DNA of 64,000 bases from Ostreococcus lucimarinus (lineage: Eukaryota). The translations under genes were made by a program, and so were the position numbers. Numbering within the stretch: the stretch's first letter is position 1; the number at the start of each line of letters is the position of its first letter. The DNA is taken from assembly GCA_000092065.1 (NCBI GenBank), contig CP000594.1; one strand, written 5' to 3'. The notes below the pieces were generated by a model. It searched no databases and was not told the DNA's origin. It saw nothing but the letters and a program-made list of their open reading frames with translations. Shown here piece after piece: positions 39,470-50,236 of this stretch.

Positions 39470-40777
39470 ATGATGCGAATCGTCGTCGTCGTCGTCGTCG
39501 TCGCGAGCGCGGCGCGCGTCGAGCGCGCGCGCGCGTCGACGATCGTGGACGCGTCGAGCGACGTCAGAACGGGCGGTTTCGCGGAGGTGCGCGGTCGGGC
39601 GCTTCGCGGGACGAGCGACGCGGAGGCGTGTCGAGCGCGCGCGTGGGCGACGGGCGCGGACGCGCCGGGCGGCGCGTCGACGGCGGAGGCGACGTGTGCG
39701 GCGATCAGTGCGACGTCGGCGACGCGATGCGAGGCGGCGATGGCGTCGTTGAAGTGTCGGCTCGCGCGGGCTGGCGCGCGCGCCCGCGCCGAGGCGTGTG
39801 ACCTCGCGAGCGCGGACGATTGCGAACGGTGCGTCCTGCGCGCGCTCGGACGAGGCGCGAGAGGACGCGGAAACATGAACGACAACGATTGGGACGACGC
39901 GGTGGAAGACGAGGCCGCTTTTGAGAGTGACCGCGCGATTACGCTGGACCGCGCGGTGGAGTTTTCAATGTACGTCGACGAAACGCACGCCATCGACAGC
40001 GATTGCAAGTTTTTGGTCTCCATGTTCAGAGCCGAGATGGCATCGCGGGTCGTAGAGTCATTCTCCACGCTGCTCGCAGAGGCGCAGCGCGAGGCCAAGG
40101 CGAGGGCGGAAGAAATCACCATCGCGCTCGCGGAAATTGACGAAGCGGCTCGCAGAAACGCTCGCGACGTCGAGCAAGCGGCGATGGCGCTCGACAAAGT
40201 ACGCCGCGACCAGCTCGAGTTCGCGACGCGGTTTGAAACGTTTGCGGCAAACTTGAACGCCGCGCTGGACCGCGTGGAGCGCGCGTCGCGCGGCGCGCTG
40301 CGCGCCGCTCGATTCGCCGCCGAGCTCGCGAAGCGCTGCGCGGGAATCGTTTCCGAAACCTTCGCGTCGTTGGTTTCGGTTGAGATGATTTTCGTGCGCT
40401 TCATCGTCATCGCGTTCGGAACCACGCGCCCGGCTTTACGGCGTTGCTGCTTTACGGCGTTACTCGTGGAGTGGATGTTACGCGCCGCGCCGCGAACGGC
40501 GGCGACGACGCCCTCCAATCGTCTTCGCCTCGGTCTCCTCTGCGCGTTCGCGCCCAGGATCTGGACGTACGCGAAAGAGCAACTACATCGCTCGCGACGC
40601 GACGACGCCGAGACGGGTCGCGTCGACGTCGGCGCGAAACCGCGATCCGGTCGTCGCGCGCGAGGCGTCCCCGCGGCGCGAATCGAACCGTCGCCTCGAG
40701 TCCCCGAGCCGACGATCGCATCGCCGCGTCGCGCCAGCGCGCGCCTTCGCGCGACGAAGACGACAAAAATAATTTAA
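39470..40777 (+). CDS. Hypothetical protein (435 aa) with N-terminal signal-like segment and coiled-coil middle
   Basis: ATG at 39470 (MMRIVVVVVVVASAARVERARA). The middle has plausible composition. The last 120 aa are Arg/Pro-rich and may be non-coding read-through. The stop is only 23 bp before the next gene's ATG. Confidence 0.35.
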   Translation: MMRIVVVVVVVASAARVERARASTIVDASSDVRTGGFAEVRGRALRGTSDAEACRARAWATGADAPGGASTAEATCAAISATSATRCEAAMASLKCRLARAGARARAEACDLASADDCERCVLRALGRGARGRGNMNDNDWDDAVEDEAAFESDRAITLDRAVEFSMYVDETHAIDSDCKFLVSMFRAEMASRVVESFSTLLAEAQREAKARAEEITIALAEIDEAARRNARDVEQAAMALDKVRRDQLEFATRFETFAANLNAALDRVERASRGALRAARFAAELAKRCAGIVSETFASLVSVEMIFVRFIVIAFGTTRPALRRCCFTALLVEWMLRAAPRTAATTPSNRLRLGLLCAFAPRIWTYAKEQLHRSRRDDAETGRVDVGAKPRSGRRARGVPAARIEPSPRVPEPTIASPRRASARLRATKTTKII

Positions 40778-40800
40778 CGCTCCGCACACGCCGCCTCGAG

Positions 40801-41829
40801 ATGAGCCCGAAGATCACCGAACTCTGTTCGTACCCGGTCAAGAGCTGCGCCGGAGTTTCCCTGGACGCCTGCGCGCTGACGTCCACGGGATTAGCGTTCG
40901 ATCGGCTGTTTTGCGTCGTCAACGCTGTCGATGGAAAGTTCATCAGCCAACGCTCGCACCCGCGTTTATCCCTCGTCGCGTGCGCGATAGAGCCACCGGA
41001 CGCGTTCACCGATCGCACCGTGCGCCAGTTCGCGCTGACGTGCGAGACGTCGAGCATGGCGACGAAATTGCGCGTGGAGGTGGATTTGGACGACGCGAGC
41101 GGGACGGCGACGTCGGCGACGAACGTGGAGTGTTGGGAGTGGCGCGGGAAAGCGGCGAAATGCGGCGACGAAGCCGGGCGATGGTTCAGTGAGTTTTTGA
41201 ATCAAACACCGGACGGCGATGGGGCGGCGTACGAGCTCGTGCGATGGATGGGAAAGGGAGGCGCGCCGAGCGCGCCGCAAGACGCCGACGATTTAGACGT
41301 CGACGACGACGTCACGCGTTTAACGTCAGAGAATTACGGTTCGCGTCGCGCGACGACCACCCTGAGCGATGGATATCCGATGTTACTCGTCAACGCCGCC
41401 TCCGTGCGCGCGATGCACGAACTCGTGCGCGAGGAAACTGAAAAATCCAACGCCGCGCCCGTCGTCGTCGACAATCGACGCTTTCGCGGCAACGTCGTCG
41501 TGGACGACGCCAAAGCCTACGCCGAAGACACGTGGTCCGTGATCGCCCTCGGCGCGCGCGAAGTCCAAGCCGAGTTATGCAAGCCGTGTTCGCGATGTTC
41601 GATTCCCCTCGTCGATCCGGACGTCGGTTCTCCCGCGCTCGGCGCGCCTCTGGCGCGCGCGCTCAGTCGCGCGCGCTCCGGCGCCGCGTTACGAACCGCC
41701 AATCGTCTCTGGCGCCAGTCCCCGTTTTTCGGTTGGAATTTACTCGTCCCTTCGACGCAGGACGCCACCGTCGTGTTGCGCGTCGGCGACGACGTGCGCG
41801 TGTTGGAGACCCGTCCCGCGTTCCCCTAG
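40801..41829 (+). CDS. MOSC-domain protein (mARC / MOCO-sulfurase C-terminal domain family), 342 aa
   Basis: ATG at 40801. The track ORF upstream starts with TTG and has no ATG. N-terminal beta-barrel MSPKITELCSYPVKSCAGVSLD.., invariant cysteine in CKPCSRCSIPLVDPDVG, and a typical C-terminal region. Confidence 0.8.
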   Translation: MSPKITELCSYPVKSCAGVSLDACALTSTGLAFDRLFCVVNAVDGKFISQRSHPRLSLVACAIEPPDAFTDRTVRQFALTCETSSMATKLRVEVDLDDASGTATSATNVECWEWRGKAAKCGDEAGRWFSEFLNQTPDGDGAAYELVRWMGKGGAPSAPQDADDLDVDDDVTRLTSENYGSRRATTTLSDGYPMLLVNAASVRAMHELVREETEKSNAAPVVVDNRRFRGNVVVDDAKAYAEDTWSVIALGAREVQAELCKPCSRCSIPLVDPDVGSPALGAPLARALSRARSGAALRTANRLWRQSPFFGWNLLVPSTQDATVVLRVGDDVRVLETRPAFP

Positions 41830-41877
41830 CGCGTCGCCGTCCCGCCTTCCATCTTTCATACGACACATATTATAGCG

Positions 41878-41884
41878 TATAAAT
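41878..41884 (+). promoter_or_regulatory. TATA-box-like element tataaat upstream of the HAD phosphatase gene
   Basis: tataaat at 41878, 81 bp upstream of ATG 41959, within an AT-rich patch (catacgacacatattatagcgtataaatcc). Confidence 0.3.
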
Positions 41885-41958
41885 CCCCATCAATCTATTC
41901 CCGCCGCGGTCGACGCATTCCAGAACCCTCGCGCGCGCGCCGCATTCCGCGTCGCTCG

Positions 41959-43281
41959 ATGTCCGCGCCCGCGTGTTCCGCGTCGCTCGCGCGCGCGTCG
42001 CGCGTTTCGACGCGCGCGCCGCGCCGTCGCGCGCGTTTCGACGCGTCGCGACGCGCGCCGACGCCGCGCGGACGCGCCGACGCCGTTCGAACGATGGCGG
42101 CGGACTCGAAGCACCTGCAGCGCGTTCTCGTCACCTCGCGCGACGGGCTGACGAGAGAGCTCGACGAAGACGTCGACAGCGTCGTCATCGACTGCGACGG
42201 CGTCGTCTGGAACGGCGACGCGCTGATACCGGGGGCGAAAGCGGCGATAGAGGCGCTGCGGGCGAAGAAGAAGAGGGTCTTTTTCGCGACGAATAACTCG
42301 ACCAAGTCGCGAGCGCACTACGCGGCGAAATTCGCGTCGCTGGGTGTGGACGTGTCGAAATATGAGATATACACGTCGGCGTACGCGGCGGCGATGTACC
42401 TGAAACAGCGAAGGTTCGATGAGATCGAGGACGGGGACGACGCGGAGCCGCGCGGGGAACACGGAGAACGAGTCGGAGACGCGCGACAGAAAAAGGTGTA
42501 CGTGATCGGTGAGAGAGGCGTGATGGAGGAGATGGAGGAGGCGGGGATTGATGTTGAGGCGGGGGTGTACGACAGCGTGCGGTGCACGGGGAGAGATTGG
42601 GAGGAGATGGAGGAGTGGTTGGATCCGGAGAACGACGTCGGGGCGGTGGTGGTTGGGAGCGATTCCGCGTTTACGTTTGCGAAATTGGCGTACGCGTCGC
42701 TGCAGATACAGCGCGGGGCGCTGTTCATCGCCACGAATCCCGATGCGGGGGATAAGATTGGTCGAGCGCTGTATCCAGGGGCGGGCGCGATCGTGAACGC
42801 GGTCGCGACGGCGTGCGGCGAGCAGCCGGAAATTTATTGCGGCAAGCCGAGCTCGTTCATGTTGGATTTGCTCTGCGAGCACACCAACATCGACATGTCC
42901 CGCACGCTCGTCGTCGGCGATAGAATAGACACCGACATTGCGTTCGGCAAGGCGGGTAAAGCCGGGCTCACCGCCCTCGTGTTCACCGGCGTCACCGACT
43001 CTGAACAGCTCAGAGAAAAGTGTCTGCTCGCCGACGCCGACGAATCGCTCGCCGACGCGCTCCCCGATCGCGCCATCGGCTCCCTCGCCGAGCTCGTCGG
43101 GCTGACGTTCGATCCCGACGAAGTCTGCGACAGCGTCAGCGACGTCGACACCGACGTTAACATCGACGAAGACGACATGCTTCGCGCGTTCCCCGTGAGC
43201 GACGCGCCGTTGCCCGAGTGGTCGCAATACGACGACGACGACGATCAATTCGATCAAACGCAGTACGCGCCGGCGTCGTAA
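41959..43281 (+). CDS. HAD-superfamily IIA phosphatase (phosphoglycolate / p-nitrophenyl phosphatase type), probably with a transit peptide
   Basis: ATG at 41959 with an S/A/R-rich leader. The conserved core starts at the alternative ATG 42094 (MAADSKHLQ..). HAD motif I VVIDCDGVVWNG, FATNNSTKSR and C-terminal GDRIDTDIAFG. A TATA-like element lies at 41878. Confidence 0.8.
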   Translation: MSAPACSASLARASRVSTRAPRRRARFDASRRAPTPRGRADAVRTMAADSKHLQRVLVTSRDGLTRELDEDVDSVVIDCDGVVWNGDALIPGAKAAIEALRAKKKRVFFATNNSTKSRAHYAAKFASLGVDVSKYEIYTSAYAAAMYLKQRRFDEIEDGDDAEPRGEHGERVGDARQKKVYVIGERGVMEEMEEAGIDVEAGVYDSVRCTGRDWEEMEEWLDPENDVGAVVVGSDSAFTFAKLAYASLQIQRGALFIATNPDAGDKIGRALYPGAGAIVNAVATACGEQPEIYCGKPSSFMLDLLCEHTNIDMSRTLVVGDRIDTDIAFGKAGKAGLTALVFTGVTDSEQLREKCLLADADESLADALPDRAIGSLAELVGLTFDPDEVCDSVSDVDTDVNIDEDDMLRAFPVSDAPLPEWSQYDDDDDQFDQTQYAPAS

Positions 43282-43464
43282 TTCATCACTATATTTTAAT
43301 CTGTAGTCTGACGAAAGTTTTCGAAATCATTCGCCTCGCCTCGCCCGAGCGCGCCTCGCCCGACCGCGCGGTTTGGGGGGGACTAAAAGTCGGTTAGACT
43401 TTACTACGCGTGGTGAAAATGAATCGTCGTGACCGCACATCTCGGCGCATCGCGCGCGCGCGCG

Positions 43465-46400
43465 ATGGATCTCGCGAAAACGATCCCAAAATGTCTCAAC
43501 GACGCGCAAATCTCGTTGACGACGCACAAGCGCGGCGCCAAGACGCTGTGCGCGGTGCGAAACGAAGACCCAGAGACGTTTTTACCGACGTTTTGTAACG
43601 CAATCTTGCCGGTTTTGCTCGAGTACAAGGTACGCTTGGACGCCGCGGCGACGCGCACGCGCGCGGACGATACGGTGTCGTCGTTCGTTGGATGTGGACG
43701 ATCAGAGACGGCGGGAAACGCGCGTGTGAGATGCGAATGCGATGGAACGATGACGCCGGGACGCGGCGAGCGCGCGAGACGGGACGACGACTGACCGAAC
43801 GCGGCGAACGCTCGAACGAGACGCAGCGAGACGTGTGCACCGAACGTGTCGTACGATTTATCGTCACCTTTTGCGCGTGGCGCGAGGAAGGAATGGAGGA
43901 AGACGCGGATGAGTTCAACGAGGCGTTTTTGGGATTTTTGCTCAACTTGCACGGAGCGAAGGACAAGGCGGTGCGATTCCGCGCGTGTCAAATCATCGCG
44001 GGTGTGCTGAATGGACTCGGTGCCGACGCTGAGGTGAGCGATGAGTTGTATGAACGCATGACGGACGTGATGCTGGAGCGGATTCGGGATAAGATGCCGC
44101 CGGTGCGGGCGCAGGCGGCGCGAGCGCTGAGTCGTTTGCAAGACGGAGGGGAGACGCAAGATTTCTCGCAGGATGACATCACGCAAGCGTTCGTGGAGTT
44201 GCTCGGAAGCGAAAAGAACAAAGAGGTGCGAAAGGCGATTTTGGGCTCGCTCGCGATCTCTGATTACACGATTCCGTGCGTTGTAGAACGCACGCGGGAC
44301 GTGGCGGAGGACGTTCGTCGCATCGCATTTTTGGCGCTCACGTCCAAGGTGCCCGTCGAGTCGGTGTCTATCGCGCATCGTGCCTTGGTTTTGCGTCGAG
44401 GTTTGAATGATCGCGCACCCATGGTTCGAAGCGCGAGCGTCGAGATGCTCAAGCGATGGCTCGAAGCATTCCAGGGCGACGTCGTGAAATTCCTCACCGC
44501 GCTCGACGTCGAGTCCAACGAATCCGAAGCCGAGCTCGCGCTCAAGGAACTCATCACCATCGGTCGCATCAAGCCTATGGACGTGTGCAAAGACGTCGAG
44601 CTGGTGTCGAAAGGTTTGAAACGCGACATCGACGTCGACGGTCTCATGACGCCCGAAGAAGGGTTGTACTGGCGCGTCGTTTTGCAACATTTGGCCGAAG
44701 CCTCCGCCGTCAAGGGCGCAAATTCGGCGCAGTCGGTCGGTCAAGCGCGGGAAATCGCCGTCGCCGAAGTCGGTGAGATGATCGAAGCTATGGAATCGGC
44801 GTTACCGCCGACGGCGATGGATTTGCTGAGCATCGTGAGCTCGCACGCGAAGAGCGCGGAAGGGAAATTCGCGGCGAGACAACTCCTACCTCTTCTCAAA
44901 TGCGTCGATCTGAACGACGGTGCGATTCGACGAGGCGCCATCAACTTGGTCGCTGAGCAGCTTCACGTCAAACCCGTGGTGAATTCGCACGGATCGTCGT
45001 ACGCGTGCGGGGGTGATGGCAAGTGGGAGAGCGCGCTCGTCGAAATTGCTCGTCTCGTCGCCAACGATTCCACCGAATTCGCCGGTCTCGTTTTGGACGC
45101 CGCAGATTCTCTTCAAATGTCTGGTACTGCCGAATCGCTCACGCAGGCGTTGTACATCGCGGGTTCTTTGCTCGAGCGCACGTCGAAGCGTTTACCATCC
45201 GTCGCCGCCGAAGCCGTGATGGACTCTTTGATCAAGCCCGCGGTGACGCACTCCACCACGGCGGTTCGCCGGGAATCGATGCGCGTGCTGGGTCTCTTAC
45301 TCGCTTCTCAAGGCGTCATCAACCCTGACGCGGTGGTGATTCTGCGAACGGCCTTAAGTGCCGATGCCGCGCCCGTTCGATGCATGGCGGCTCGCGCGCT
45401 CGGCGACGCAGCGCTTCTTCATGGTCCCGCGGCGCTGGACAAATATCGCGTCCTCGTCGATCCGGAGGATGAAGACGTCACTGAATCCGCATTCAACGCG
45501 AGTCTTCCTCTCGAGATTGCACTCATGAAGTGCCTCGATGAAGAAGGAAAACCATTTGTGTTCAAAGCGAACGCGTATGATTTGGAAGACGTAGATGTTG
45601 AAGACGTGGATGCCACCAAGGCCGCCGCGGCGGTGGAGGCGGAGGAAAGCGTCGGCACCGTCGCCGCGGAGTCGCTCTGCAAAATCATCCTTCGTCGCGG
45701 TGAAGGCGCGTTTGAAGCCGCTGCGGCGGTTGTCTCGCGATTGCTTGGCAGCTACTTTGCGGCGGATGCGCAGCGAAGACCGCGTCTCGCACAATGCTTG
45801 GCCGTCTTCTTCCCGGCGCTCGCAAGCGGGCCGGAGGATCGTCGACGCTTGCTCGCGGATTGCGCCCTGCCGGCTTTGCGCGCCGCGGCTAAGATCAAGG
45901 GCTTGTCGCGCGTCGCCGCCCTTCTCGTGCAACTTCTCACCGCGTCCGAAGAACCGACGGCGGGCGGCGCCGAACTCGCCCTCGCGTTGGCGAACGAATC
46001 TCTGGCGTTAAGCACGAAGCAAACGCCATCTGGCGCGCAAGCACCGCTCGCCAAGGCGTACACCAACGCCATCGCTCGCGTGTTATCTGTCGTTCCAGTG
46101 AAATCCACGCGAGACGAAGTCGACGTCGCTGAAAAGGTCGAGCTGAACGACACGTTAACCAAGGCTTGGCACGCCGCCGTGCTCGCGGCGGAGCGAACAA
46201 AGGAAAAGTCTGCGGCCAAGGATTTGGCGATGGCGGCAGAACGTCTTCGCTCGAATTGCCTTGCGACACAAAAGACGGTGGCGCCCGAAACCGAAGGTAG
46301 CGAAGGAATCGCCGTTCCAGCGGATGACGACGACTTATCGACGCAGATGAACGACGACGTTCGCGCCGCCGTGATGGAGTACGCAGAGGAGCTCGCCAAC

Positions 46401-46610
46401 GGCGCTGACGTACCGTTTTGCGGTTCTAAAGTGAAAGCCGCCAAGGTGAAAGCCGCGCCCGCGGTGCCGACGCGCGAGTCTCGTTCGCGCGCGAGCAAAA
46501 CTGCGGCGGCGGATAAGCTGAAAGACGACGACTTGAAGAAGCCGCTTCCGAAAGTCACGCCCGAACGCAAGTCTCGTTCTCGACGAGGCGCGCTGCAAGA
46601 AACAAACTGA
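43465..46610 (+). CDS. NCAPG: Condensin complex subunit 3 (CAP-G / Ycg1 / Cnd3), 982 aa. Exons 43465..43629 and 43827..46610.
   Basis: Exon 1 (MDLAKTIPKCLNDAQISLTTHKRGAKTLCAV..LLEYK) and exon 2 (RDVCTERVVRFIVTF..NAVRFRACQIIAGVLNGL..KMPPVRAQAARALSRLQD..VERTRDVAEDVRRIAF..LNDRAPMVRSA..LDVES) are collinear with CAP-G HEAT repeats. The intron 43630..43826 has donor GTACGC, branch ACTGAC at 43790 and acceptor CAG. Both junctions are phase 0. The track ORF 43429 starts with GTG. The first ATG is 43465. Confidence 0.85.
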
Positions 46611-46655
46611 CGCGAAACATCGATGTGATATTAAATAAACTCCTAACCACACTAC

Positions 46656-47570
46656 TCAGTTCTTCTTCTGGCCACGCCTCAGCTTCATCAGCACGACCGG
46701 CGCGGAGACTTTAACGCGAATATCCAACTGATCGAGATCGTGCCCTCCCTCGACTAACCCCCACTCCTCGATCTGCGCCTCCTCCTCGACGCGCGCCGCC
46801 GCGATGGCTTCATCCACCGTCAGCCCTCCTCGAAGCGTCTTCAAACTTATCAACAACGACTTCGTCGCCGCGCTCAGCGCGAACGCGCACGTCAGCTCCC
46901 ACGGGCACATCGCGTGCAACCGCCGCCGCAGCACCTCCACCGTCTTCTCGCTCGTTCCCGGTCCAAAGATCGAATCCGACGTCTCCACCGGTCCGAACTC
47001 TCGCTCCGCCCACGCCACGATCGGATCGTGCGCCTTCGCCTGCCTCGCCGCCGTCGCCTCGTCCGGGCTTCGCACCCGCGTCGCGTCCGTGCCAAAGTAT
47101 TTCAGCAGCGTCTCCACGTGCACCCGTCGCGTCTCCGCGTCTCCCATGTGATCGATCGCCGTCGCGCTCAGCGACGTCAGCGGCATCGTAAACGGCGCGA
47201 TGCGTTCGCCCTGCGCGTCCCACTCCGCCGCGACCGCGCGCGCCAATCCCTCCGTCGCGAACGCGTACTCGTTTCGCTTCGGCGTTCGCAGCGCGCGCGC
47301 GTCGAGCTCGACGCGCCACGTCCCGTCGCGCGCGTCGCGTTCGCGCGCGTCGACGCGCTCGTAAAACCTCGGCGCCGTGCCGTCGGCGCCCATCGTCATC
47401 GCGACGCGCTCGGACGACGCCTCGCCGCGCGTGCGCCCGACGCGCTTCGCCGCCTCGGCGCGCGCGCGCAGCGACGCGCTGCGCGCGTCGCTCGCGTCGA
47501 CGGGCGCTCGCGACGACGCCGCGCGTCTCAGCGCCGCTCGGACGCGATCGAGCGCGCGACGCGCGCGCAT
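46656..47570 (-). CDS. ATPAF2: ATP synthase mitochondrial F1 complex assembly factor 2 (ATP12 family)
   Basis: ATG verified at 47568-47570 with a presequence-like N-terminus (MRARRALDRVRAALRRAASS). The core PRFYERVDARE..WRVELDARALRTPKRNEYAFATEGLARAVAAEWDAQ.. is typical of ATP12. Confidence 0.85.
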   Translation of the reverse strand: MRARRALDRVRAALRRAASSRAPVDASDARSASLRARAEAAKRVGRTRGEASSERVAMTMGADGTAPRFYERVDARERDARDGTWRVELDARALRTPKRNEYAFATEGLARAVAAEWDAQGERIAPFTMPLTSLSATAIDHMGDAETRRVHVETLLKYFGTDATRVRSPDEATAARQAKAHDPIVAWAEREFGPVETSDSIFGPGTSEKTVEVLRRRLHAMCPWELTCAFALSAATKSLLISLKTLRGGLTVDEAIAAARVEEEAQIEEWGLVEGGHDLDQLDIRVKVSAPVVLMKLRRGQKKN

Positions 47571-47630
47571 GGCGTCGCGATGTGCCGTCGCGATGCGCGC
47601 CGGCGCGCGCGGGCGTCACTCATTCGCGAC

Positions 47631-49340
47631 ATGTCGAGCGACGACGCGTTCGAGGACGCGTTGGACGACGCGCGCGACGACGCAGACGACGCCTCGAGCG
47701 ACGACGCGCGATCGGACGCGTTCGAGGACGCGCTCGGCGCGCACGCGGCGCGATTTCCGTTGCACCGCGCGGCGTTCGAGAACGACGTCGACGCGGTGCG
47801 AGCGCTGCTGGCGCGCGACGACGTCGACGCGAACGCGCGCGACGACGCCGGGCACTGCGCGTTGCACGTCGCGGCGCTGAGGCGCGCGGTGGGGGCGACG
47901 CGGGCGCTGGCGGCGAGCGCGCGGGTGGCGACGGAGGCGCGAGACGCGAGGGGCTGGACGGCGACGCGGTTGGCGACGGATCGAAGGGCGCGCGCGTGCG
48001 TCAGAGCGCTCGTGGAGGCGAACAGAGCGAGAGAAAAGAGGTTGGCGCGAGAGATTCGACCGGAGATGGCGCGGGCGGTGGAGGGCGTGGGGGATTTTGA
48101 GACGCGCGCGGCGTGGCGGTTCGGTTCGCGAGTGTTGGCGCCTTTGATTAAGATGGTGGCGCCCAGAGACGCGTACGCGGTGACGTGCGTGGGGAAAAAG
48201 CTGAGAATCGACGGCGAGTTGAGAGGGATCGATTCCGAGGCGTTGGTGCGGTCGATGATGCCGAAATGGCGACGAGGGAAGTTTAGCTTGATTTACGACG
48301 GCGACGCGGGCGAACGCGCGGCGCTTTGGTTCGTCGATCACGAATCGCGAGAGGTGGTGAACGCGATGGAAAAACCCACGAGACGGGACGGCGATGATGC
48401 CGACGCGGCGTCGACGAGCGATGCGCCGCCGCTCACGGAGGAGGAGATGATTGACGCGATCACGGACGCGTTGCTCGCCGAGGGTGCGGCGAAGAAGAAG
48501 GTGCGAACGGAGGGTTTCAAATTCGCACCGGTGAAAGGATGGATCGCGGGAAAAGCCAGCGCGTGGATTGGAGGACGCAAGGCGGAAATTTGGGAGGCGA
48601 CAGCGAAGCTGGCGCGCGAGACTGTGGCGCCGGGAGGGGGATTTAAACTCGACGGTTCGTTTGAGGAGTACGTGGAGAGCGCGAACGACGCGCGAGAAAA
48701 CGTCGTCACGCGCGCACCTTTGGGCGAGTCTTCGAAAGATAAATCCGGGTTAAACATCGATGATAGTAAGGACATGCCACAGCGTCTTCGTAAGATGTCG
48801 GCGCGATGTTGGCTCGTGCGCGACTTCCCTTTAAAGGCGAGTCAGGCGTCGCAGATTTTGGACGTCTTGGAGCGTGCGAATAAAAACGCCGCGCACGTGA
48901 ACCGCGTGGTGAAGTATTGGTGCTCAAACCACGAAAACATGTTTCCGGTGAAGATCCAAGTCCCGCTTATGCTCACGATTTACGCCCAAGTGCAATTTAA
49001 AGATTTCAAAGCGCTCGACAAGCGCGCTCGGGAAGCCAAGTTGCGAGACGGCTTCTTCGAAATTCCGTCGGATTATCGCGTGAAATCTGTGGATGAGATG
49101 CTCGCTGAAGTGGAAGAGCGCGCAAATCGTGACATGGAACGCATCGAGGCGCTGGATGAGTCGCTGGACGTCGATAACGAGACGGAAGAAATTCGACAGT
49201 TGCGCGTCGAACTAGAACGCCTGGCGAAAAACACGTCGGGCGAAGACGAAGGCGACGATGAATACGAGTTTGACGACGACGACGACGACGAAGACGAAGA
49301 CGACGAAAACTTAGATGCCGATAGAATGAATGTACGCTAG
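47631..49340 (+). CDS. Ankyrin-repeat protein of the ANKRD13 type (ankyrin repeats plus a GPCR-chaperone-like domain), 569 aa
   Basis: ATG at 47631. The upstream part of the track ORF is antisense to ATP12. Ankyrin repeats (PLHRAAFENDVDAVRALLARDDVDANARDDAGHCALHVAA), a central domain ending FPVKIQVPLMLTIYAQVQFKDFK, and an acidic C-terminal tail. Confidence 0.7.
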   Translation: MSSDDAFEDALDDARDDADDASSDDARSDAFEDALGAHAARFPLHRAAFENDVDAVRALLARDDVDANARDDAGHCALHVAALRRAVGATRALAASARVATEARDARGWTATRLATDRRARACVRALVEANRAREKRLAREIRPEMARAVEGVGDFETRAAWRFGSRVLAPLIKMVAPRDAYAVTCVGKKLRIDGELRGIDSEALVRSMMPKWRRGKFSLIYDGDAGERAALWFVDHESREVVNAMEKPTRRDGDDADAASTSDAPPLTEEEMIDAITDALLAEGAAKKKVRTEGFKFAPVKGWIAGKASAWIGGRKAEIWEATAKLARETVAPGGGFKLDGSFEEYVESANDARENVVTRAPLGESSKDKSGLNIDDSKDMPQRLRKMSARCWLVRDFPLKASQASQILDVLERANKNAAHVNRVVKYWCSNHENMFPVKIQVPLMLTIYAQVQFKDFKALDKRAREAKLRDGFFEIPSDYRVKSVDEMLAEVEERANRDMERIEALDESLDVDNETEEIRQLRVELERLAKNTSGEDEGDDEYEFDDDDDDEDEDDENLDADRMNVR

Positions 49341-49384
49341 AACTGTATAATTACACCTTACAACACGAGACGCATCACATCACG

Positions 49385-50086
49385 CTACCCGTTCGCGGCT
49401 TTGACGAGTTTCGCCTCGCCGTACGATCCGTCAAAGTATCTCTCCAACAGAATGGCCGCGCTCGCCGAATCCAGCGCCCCGTTCTCGTTCGACCCCCCAC
49501 TCGTCGCGATGCGTTCCGACGCTTCCTTACTCGTCCTAGACTCGTCGTACGTGTACACCACCAAAGCCTTCGTCTCGGCGTTCGTCGAACGCGCGCACGC
49601 GTCCGCCACCTCTCCCGCGAATCGAGCGCACACCGCGTGCATTTGCACCGCCCCTCTCCCGCGTCCGCGACGATCTTTCGCCGCCCTCCCCGGTGGCACC
49701 GGAATTCCAACCACGATTCTATCGCAGCATTCCTCCAGCGCGACGTCTAAGATGGCTCTGACCGTGCTCGTCGTCGTCGCCGTCCCGCTGTGCGTCAGCG
49801 TTCGCAGCGGCCGCGGCGCCGCGCCACCGTTCGACACCGCCAGACCGACCCTGCGCGCGCCGTAATCCACCCCGAGCGCGATGACATCACCGCGCGCGCG
49901 TCTCGCCGCGCGTAACTCATCCTCGAGCGACGACGACGACGTTTGCGCGTCCGTGAAGGGCGCGCGGCGTTGAGAAAACCACGACGGGGACATCGCGCGC
50001 GCGACGCCTCTGTCGACGCCGTGGCGACGCGCGCGCGACGAGGACGACGGTACGAGCGCGCGCGAGCCGTTCGCCGCGCGAAACAT
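49385..50086 (-). CDS. RuvC/YqgF-like (RNase H-fold) putative Holliday-junction resolvase / pre-16S rRNA nuclease, organelle-targeted
   Basis: ATG verified at 50084-50086. After an N-terminal presequence comes VIALGVDYGARRVGLAVSNG (the YqgF catalytic Asp motif), then IVVGIPV and a C-terminal ..SASAAILLERYF.. typical of bacterial YqgF/RuvX. Confidence 0.75.
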   Translation of the reverse strand: MFRAANGSRALVPSSSSRARRHGVDRGVARAMSPSWFSQRRAPFTDAQTSSSSLEDELRAARRARGDVIALGVDYGARRVGLAVSNGGAAPRPLRTLTHSGTATTTSTVRAILDVALEECCDRIVVGIPVPPGRAAKDRRGRGRGAVQMHAVCARFAGEVADACARSTNAETKALVVYTYDESRTSKEASERIATSGGSNENGALDSASAAILLERYFDGSYGEAKLVKAANG

Positions 50087-50236
50087 GGTTCGCGCGGTGA
50101 TGCGCGGCGCGCGGGCGAGTGGCGCGTCGAGCGGCGGCGGCGAGAGGAATCGAGTGGAAGCGTACGCTCGCGACGAACGACCGCGGTGAATGAGGTGTGC
50201 TATTGAAATGAATAGAATCTAATGGCGCGGCGACGC

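Noticed and set aside
39020-39473. Small Arg-rich ORFs in the divergent region upstream of the giant gene (39020..39280 minus, 39045..39473 plus)
   Set aside because: The composition is typical of GC-rich non-coding DNA. No ATG-initiated conserved sequence. Treated as intergenic/promoter.
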